NCBI GenBank assembly: GCA_014728295.1
Contig: WJLW01000019.1
Coordinates: forward strand, 72,527-136,526
Length of the DNA stretch: 64,000 nucleotides
DNA from: Chitinivibrionales bacterium
GTDB taxonomy: Bacteria > Fibrobacterota > Chitinivibrionia > Chitinivibrionales > WJKA01
Reading direction: 5' to 3'
Each line of letters starts with the position of its first letter. Position 1 is the stretch's first letter. Below the pieces are notes generated by a model that saw only the letters and a program-made list of their open reading frames with translations, was not told the DNA's origin and did no database searches. Positions 58,563 through 64,000 of the stretch are shown in pieces. Position numbers and translations under genes: made by a program.

Positions 58563-61018
58563 TACTTCAGTAAACTAAATCGCTCACTCCACCCGAAATA
58601 TCCCGCGTTATCGATCAGTTTGACTTTGAACTCATCTCCCGTACCCCAGCTCGACGGAATAGAATCTGTGCGGGTGCAGGCCAGAACCGAATCAATTTTC
58701 TGCCAGTCGCAGAACAGACCGAGGTAGACGTTTTGCCGGTACAGTTCAACCTTGGCACTGTCCCCGACATTGCCGATGAAGGTAACACTGATAGTGGTAT
58801 CGAACGTGTTCCAGACGCTTGCGGCGTCCGGTTCCACAATGTCAATTACATTCAGGGAGTCAGCCCGGATCTCGAACGTATCACTGACCCCGAAACGGCC
58901 CAGCGAATCAATCACTTTAACCGTAAAGGCATCTCCGGCGCCCCAGTTTGAGGGAATTGCCGCTGCGCGCAAAGCAGAAGCTACCGAAACGATACTGTCG
59001 GTAAACGTATCGACCAGCGTATTTGCATAATAGAGCAGCGCGCTTAAATTCATATTCTCCGGCCCGTTAAATGCGAGTGCAATATCTGTCTGTCCATGAT
59101 ACCAGACGTCATCTGCATCGGGCGTTGTAACGCTATACTGTTCCAGAGAGTCGGATTTGATGGCAAATCTCCTGCTCCATCCCCGGTTGCCGATTCCGTC
59201 GACAACTCTTATCTGGTAGGTATCACCGGGCGTCCAGGTTGTCTGTACGGGATTGTTAAAGTAAAGCACAGAATCCGTCGGTGCTAGAGTATCCCGGGGG
59301 ATAAGATTCACGAGAAAAGCCCCGCTGCGCCACAGCTCGGCCTGCACCAGCGAATCTTCATGGCCGGTAGCAGTAATCACGCGTTTGGTCTGATGGTGAA
59401 ACCAGATCGTAGTCGAGTCGGGTTGACGCACCGTAATGACCGCCTGGGTATCGGCGGCGATACGTAGCGGACCACCCCATCCGAAATTGCCGGTATTGTC
59501 AAGTACTTTGATGCGATAGTCGACACCTTTGCCATAGCTTGACGGGATAGAATCACCCGCGGGACAGAATCCCTGGGAGATGTCCCAGTTACAGAGGGTG
59601 TCCATCAGGATGTCTGCGCGGTAAATCAGCACCAGCGCCGAGTCACCGAAAGACTCTTCCCAGGTAATCGTGCGGGTGGAGTCGCCATGATACCAACTCA
59701 TGCCGGAATCGGGGGAAGTGACGTTTATCGTTCCACCACTTTCGATCCGGAAAGTTCTACTCAAGCCGAAATTGCCGTTATCATCGCGAACCTTGATTTG
59801 GTACCCGTCTCCATTCCCCCATGCGACTTGCAGTGCCGTATCCCGGATGCAGAATGTATCGAGTGCGCTGCCGGTCACGCAGAAGGTATCCAGCAGCGAG
59901 TCTTGCAGGTACAGTTCTGCAACAAGGGATACTCCCCGGATACTGTCCCAGGCAACGGCGAAACGCTCCTGCCCGTGGCGCCATGCGGTGGCATAGCCGG
60001 GCTCGATCACGTTAATAATTTCCCGGGGATCAGCCTTTATTTGAAATTTTGCACTGTACCCGAAATTGCCTTTGTCATCCTCGACCTTCACCTGGAAATT
60101 CTTTCCCGTTCCCCATGCAGATTTAATTACCATATCTTCTTCGAATAAACCATCATTGCTGATGTCTGAAGCAAGGGAGTCGATTAAAACATTGTCCTGC
60201 ATCAACACCAGAGCTGCATCACTTCCGAATGATCTCGTCCAGTCTACTTTGATTCCCGACGTGTTGTGATTCCACACAGTTCCGGCATCCGGTGCGGCTA
60301 CGCTGATAGCCTCGCCAAGCGCGCGTTCGATTTCGAACACCGGACTCCAGCCGAAATGCCCGCTTTTGTCAACTACTTTGATGCGATAGCCGTTCCCCTG
60401 CCTCCAGCTATACTCGACGGTTCCGCCGCCTTCGTAAATCCCGGTATTGGGCCGCAACGCTGCATATTTGCCGATAGAGCTGTTGTCTTTGTAAAGAAGC
60501 AGTTCAACGCTGTCCGCTTTGGAAACGGACCATTGCACTTTGGTTTGGCCGGCTCCGTGCACCAGGGCCGAATCGGGATGCAATTCGGGCAGCATTACAT
60601 CGTAGGTATTAAGCGGATCGGAAGCGATGGTAAAGGAGGCGCTCCAGCCGACGTTTCCCTTTTCGTCAATGATTTGAATAGAGTAATTGCTGTCGTTGTA
60701 TCCTTTGGATATCAGATTGGTGTGAAGGTACTGCCCGGTGTTTGGCGTCGAGGAAGGGAAGAGTTTCTGCAACCTGCTCCCTTCATACAGCCGCAATTGA
60801 ACACTGTCACCTTCCGCATTGCTCCAGCGCACAGTGTCACCGAATGTAGCATTTCGCCAGATCGTTGACGAGCCGGGTTTGGCAATACTGATGTCTTGAC
60901 TGTCTGCGGGACACACCGGACAGTTCGGGGCATCTTCATCTTCGCTGCAGCTTATCGCCAGTATTGCGGCAACAGCAACGAGCGCTGCACTACTGAAAAG
61001 GATAGCTTTTTGTTTCAC
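58562..61018 (-). CDS. Lipoprotein with eight tandem ~97-aa Ig-like repeats
   Basis: Lipobox AISC; repeat consensus I.V..P....W.HG....I.W....G......LY...W..G..Y.IKV.D..GNFGWS..F.I. Confidence 0.88.
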   Translation of the reverse strand: MKQKAILFSSAALVAVAAILAISCSEDEDAPNCPVCPADSQDISIAKPGSSTIWRNATFGDTVRWSNAEGDSVQLRLYEGSRLQKLFPSSTPNTGQYLHTNLISKGYNDSNYSIQIIDEKGNVGWSASFTIASDPLNTYDVMLPELHPDSALVHGAGQTKVQWSVSKADSVELLLYKDNSSIGKYAALRPNTGIYEGGGTVEYSWRQGNGYRIKVVDKSGHFGWSPVFEIERALGEAISVAAPDAGTVWNHNTSGIKVDWTRSFGSDAALVLMQDNVLIDSLASDISNDGLFEEDMVIKSAWGTGKNFQVKVEDDKGNFGYSAKFQIKADPREIINVIEPGYATAWRHGQERFAVAWDSIRGVSLVAELYLQDSLLDTFCVTGSALDTFCIRDTALQVAWGNGDGYQIKVRDDNGNFGLSRTFRIESGGTINVTSPDSGMSWYHGDSTRTITWEESFGDSALVLIYRADILMDTLCNWDISQGFCPAGDSIPSSYGKGVDYRIKVLDNTGNFGWGGPLRIAADTQAVITVRQPDSTTIWFHHQTKRVITATGHEDSLVQAELWRSGAFLVNLIPRDTLAPTDSVLYFNNPVQTTWTPGDTYQIRVVDGIGNRGWSRRFAIKSDSLEQYSVTTPDADDVWYHGQTDIALAFNGPENMNLSALLYYANTLVDTFTDSIVSVASALRAAAIPSNWGAGDAFTVKVIDSLGRFGVSDTFEIRADSLNVIDIVEPDAASVWNTFDTTISVTFIGNVGDSAKVELYRQNVYLGLFCDWQKIDSVLACTRTDSIPSSWGTGDEFKVKLIDNAGYFGWSERFSLLK

Positions 61019-61145
61019 CTTTTATGCTCCTCTCTGCGTGGTGGGAAACCGGGCATAAACTCAATAATCGTAATGGTTGGGAGAACCTGTAAAAATATGT
61101 TATTTTAGAATTTTTCGCCTGACTCGAACCCTAAAGGCAATCTGT

Positions 61146-62072
61146 GTGAAGACAATCAAGATCATTTTTAAAAGTATCATTGCCGTTTTGGTGACATACT
61201 CAGTAATTTTCTCGATTGCCGGCACAGCGGGTATCATATGGACCGGCTGCACCATTTACAAGCCGGTGAGGGCCGTCAAGCGATTGCAAAAAAATAATCC
61301 GGCACACAGCAGATATATGCAAAGCATGGCGCGGGACCTCAAAGCCAAATCCAGCGGGGATAGCATCAGACATCGTTTCGTTCCTCTGGATTCGATTTCA
61401 CCAAACCTGATTCAGGCGGTTCTGGCTGCCGAAGACGACGGTTTTTATGTTCATCCCGGATTTGATATTTCGGCTATGGCGGCGGCATTCGAGCGCAACC
61501 GCGCCCGCAACAAAATCAAATATGGTGGAAGTACGATTACGCAGCAACTGGCAAAAAATTTATTCCTGGCCGGCGAAAAAACCTTTGCCCGCAAATATCA
61601 GGAGTTGCTCTATGCGGTGCTACTGGAAGCATATCTGGACAAAGACCGCATTCTCGAGCTCTATCTGAATTATGCGCAGTGGGGAAAAACAATCTTCGGC
61701 TGCGAAGCCGCTGCACAAAATTATTATCACAAACCGGCCTCCCGACTCTCGTTGTGGGAAGCCGGCCGAATGGCGGCAATACTGGCCAAGCCGGCCAGAT
61801 TGAATCCGCACGCCGCCAAATCAATTTTTATCGGGAAACGTGTTAGGGTGATTGCCGAAAACATGCACAAGCGCAAACAGATATCGGACTCGGTTTACAC
61901 GCACATGACCGGGAGCCCGGCGCCGGCCTCAGAGGCCACGGACGACGAAGCAAAATCCGATTCTGCCGTTACCGCGTCATCAAATACCGTTTTCGATACC
62001 ACTTCCCCGGCGCCAGTCGAGGTTACCAACGGAGCACTCGTTGTCGATGATTCGATTTCTACGGATCAATAG
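61146..62072 (+). CDS. mtgA: Monofunctional peptidoglycan transglycosylase
   Basis: EDDGFYVH.GFD, GGSTITQQLAKNLFL, RK..E and K.RILELYLN motifs; N-terminal TM; no transpeptidase domain. Confidence 0.9.
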   Translation: MKTIKIIFKSIIAVLVTYSVIFSIAGTAGIIWTGCTIYKPVRAVKRLQKNNPAHSRYMQSMARDLKAKSSGDSIRHRFVPLDSISPNLIQAVLAAEDDGFYVHPGFDISAMAAAFERNRARNKIKYGGSTITQQLAKNLFLAGEKTFARKYQELLYAVLLEAYLDKDRILELYLNYAQWGKTIFGCEAAAQNYYHKPASRLSLWEAGRMAAILAKPARLNPHAAKSIFIGKRVRVIAENMHKRKQISDSVYTHMTGSPAPASEATDDEAKSDSAVTASSNTVFDTTSPAPVEVTNGALVVDDSISTDQ

Positions 62073-62172
62073 CGGTCGATCGATCGTGCGAGTTTGTTTG
62101 CTGTACTAAACACATGCTTCGAAAACAAATTTCTCTTCCCCGGCAGAATTCTAACCTCTGAGACTCTGCCCT

Positions 62173-64000
62173 CTACCCGATAACCCGCTTAGCCTTCACT
62201 TTGATTCGCTCCGACAGGCCATCGATTAGCTTGTATACAACCGGAACAACGAACAACGTCAGGAAGGTAGCACTGATCAATCCACCGATTACCGTGAGCG
62301 ACATCGGCGCGCGCAGTTCCGATCCCTCCGAGCGCGACAGCGCCATCGGCATCATACCCATAATGGTCGTGCCGGCAGTGATGAGAATAGGACGCACACG
62401 TGTTGCACCGCTTTTGAGCAGTGCATCGACGCAGGACATACCGCCTCTGCGCAATTGGTTTACGTAATCGACCAGAACGATACCGTTGTTTACCACGATC
62501 CCGGCCAGAATAATAACCCCGATGAAGGCGACCACCGAAAATGTTTTGCCGGTAATGGTCAACAGAAGCGAGACGCCGATTAGCGAAAGCGGCACCGTAG
62601 CCATGATGATAAACGGCTGCAGCAGGCTTTCGAATTGCGCGGCCATAACCATATAGACAAGCAGCAAGGCAAGCAACAATCCCAGCAGCAGTTGCCGGAA
62701 CGTTTCCTGCATATCTTCGAACGCACCGCCAAAGCGCAAAGAATAGCCCCGGGGAAGCGATTTTTCGAGCGGTTCGAGGGCCAATTTGAAGTCGGCAATT
62801 ACTTTGCCCAAAGCGCGCTCGTGAATATTCGCATCCACCGTACCAACGCGAAATTTATTGTTGCGATTAATCAGGGTCGGCCCTGACGTCCGGGTTATCT
62901 CGACCACCTGAGCCAGGGGAATGATCGCACCGGTTGCCGAGGAGAGGGGCAAGTTGCGCAGAGCATCGAGGGAAGTACGGAATTGTTTGTCAAGTATGAT
63001 GCGCACGTCAATTTCATCTTCACCGGTGCGATAGCGGGTGACAATAGTGCCGAGATTTGCTGTTTCGAGCGCAGCCTGGATGTGGGCGGGCATAAGTCCG
63101 TACGAAACGGCCTTGCGACGGTTGATCGTGAAGTGATATTCGGGCCGTCCCGTATCAAAGGATGATTCGACATCCTTGACTCCGGCGACCGTAGCGGCAA
63201 TACCGGCTACTTTCCGGCAGATTTCTTCCAGCGTTTCGAGATCTTTGCCCTGCACGTAAACCTGCACCGGTTTGCTGCCGTCATTCATAACCCCCATTGA
63301 CATGAAAGTAATCTTCGTGTCGGCAAGTGCCGGCAATCTCTTGCGCACCTGATCCTGAACCTGCATTTCCGCAAGCTCTCTTTTTTTGGCCTCCACGAGC
63401 TTTATGTACAATTGTGCGGCATGCGGACCGGTGATTTCGGCCTGCTCTCCCCCGCGCTGCGTCTCGCTGCGCCCGATAACCTCGGCAACCGTGACGACTT
63501 CGGGCATGGTTTTGAGAAGCTCCCGGATTTGCCCCGTTAGAGCTGCCGTTTCTTCCAGAGTCGTGCCAACGGGTAATTCGACCTTGACAACAAAGCGATT
63601 GCCGTCAAGGGCAGGAAGGAATTCACGTCCCAGGTTGAGCCAACCCAGTGCGATACTGCCACCGAAAATGAGTGCCGAAATCATCAATGTCACCCGGGGA
63701 CGGGCGAGAGCGACTTGTAATCGGCCAACATACCAGTTTCGCACCGCATCGAACCACGATTGCCGCTCCTGCATGCGCTGCTCTTTGAAGAGCACCGACG
63801 CCAGCATCGGCACGATCGTCAGGGCAACAAACAGGCTGGCCAGCAGCGAGAAAATGATCGTCAACCCAACACCGCGAAAGAGTTGACTTGCCATACCCTC
63901 CGAAAACAGGATCGGCAAAAATACGACCACCGTCGTGAACGTTGATGCCGTGATTGCCGCCGCAACTTCGGAAGCGCCCCGTTTCGCCGCTTCCCGCCGG
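62173..64000 (-). CDS. RND efflux permease (AcrB/AcrD/AcrF family), 5' end outside the window
   Basis: AITASTFTT..VFLP, MAAQFES..QP, GIVVNNGIVLVD and R.RPIL.T motifs; frame open to the window edge. Confidence 0.93.
   Translation of the reverse strand, partial: RREAAKRGASEVAAAITASTFTTVVVFLPILFSEGMASQLFRGVGLTIIFSLLASLFVALTIVPMLASVLFKEQRMQERQSWFDAVRNWYVGRLQVALARPRVTLMISALIFGGSIALGWLNLGREFLPALDGNRFVVKVELPVGTTLEETAALTGQIRELLKTMPEVVTVAEVIGRSETQRGGEQAEITGPHAAQLYIKLVEAKKRELAEMQVQDQVRKRLPALADTKITFMSMGVMNDGSKPVQVYVQGKDLETLEEICRKVAGIAATVAGVKDVESSFDTGRPEYHFTINRRKAVSYGLMPAHIQAALETANLGTIVTRYRTGEDEIDVRIILDKQFRTSLDALRNLPLSSATGAIIPLAQVVEITRTSGPTLINRNNKFRVGTVDANIHERALGKVIADFKLALEPLEKSLPRGYSLRFGGAFEDMQETFRQLLLGLLLALLLVYMVMAAQFESLLQPFIIMATVPLSLIGVSLLLTITGKTFSVVAFIGVIILAGIVVNNGIVLVDYVNQLRRGGMSCVDALLKSGATRVRPILITAGTTIMGMMPMALSRSEGSELRAPMSLTVIGGLISATFLTLFVVPVVYKLIDGLSERIKVKAKRVIG

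Noticed and set aside
1-64000. CRISPR arrays, rRNA/tRNA genes, IS elements, prophage genes
   Set aside because: No regularly spaced nucleotide repeats, RNA-gene signatures, or transposase/integrase/phage motifs were seen by eye; dedicated scans were not run

Overview
Bacterial chromosomal window of moderate GC. Fibrobacterota/Chitinivibrionia-like origin is inferred from a TIGR02147-type gene, T9SS-like C-terminal sorting tails and LRR/Ig lipoproteins. Left to right it contains: (1) a Ser/Thr kinase, beta-helix protein and large Ig-like lipoprotein operon, cut by the left edge; (2) a ~21 kb minus-strand signalling cluster with cheA, cheW, cheB, cheR, two cheY, cheX, two hybrid kinases, Hpt, and an embedded TonB receptor / periplasmic binding protein / HAMP kinase / REC-PP2C-anti-sigma / STAS module. 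This cluster has no intact chemoreceptor, only a 52-codon hemerythrin-tail remnant. (3) A TIGR02147-led run of secreted proteins, two of them frameshifted and one apparently chimeric; (4) an FAH-SDR-PdxA2-DUF1537 sugar-acid operon next to a GH39; (5) rlmD plus a 1091-aa HEAT-repeat orphan, and assorted housekeeping/accessory genes (dus, cysM, GH43, an 8-repeat Ig lipoprotein, mtgA, a partial RND pump). Several internally deleted gene remnants absent from the ORF track were found by manual translation. No rRNA, tRNA, CRISPR array or transposase was recognised. All family calls come from motif recognition by eye, not from database searches.
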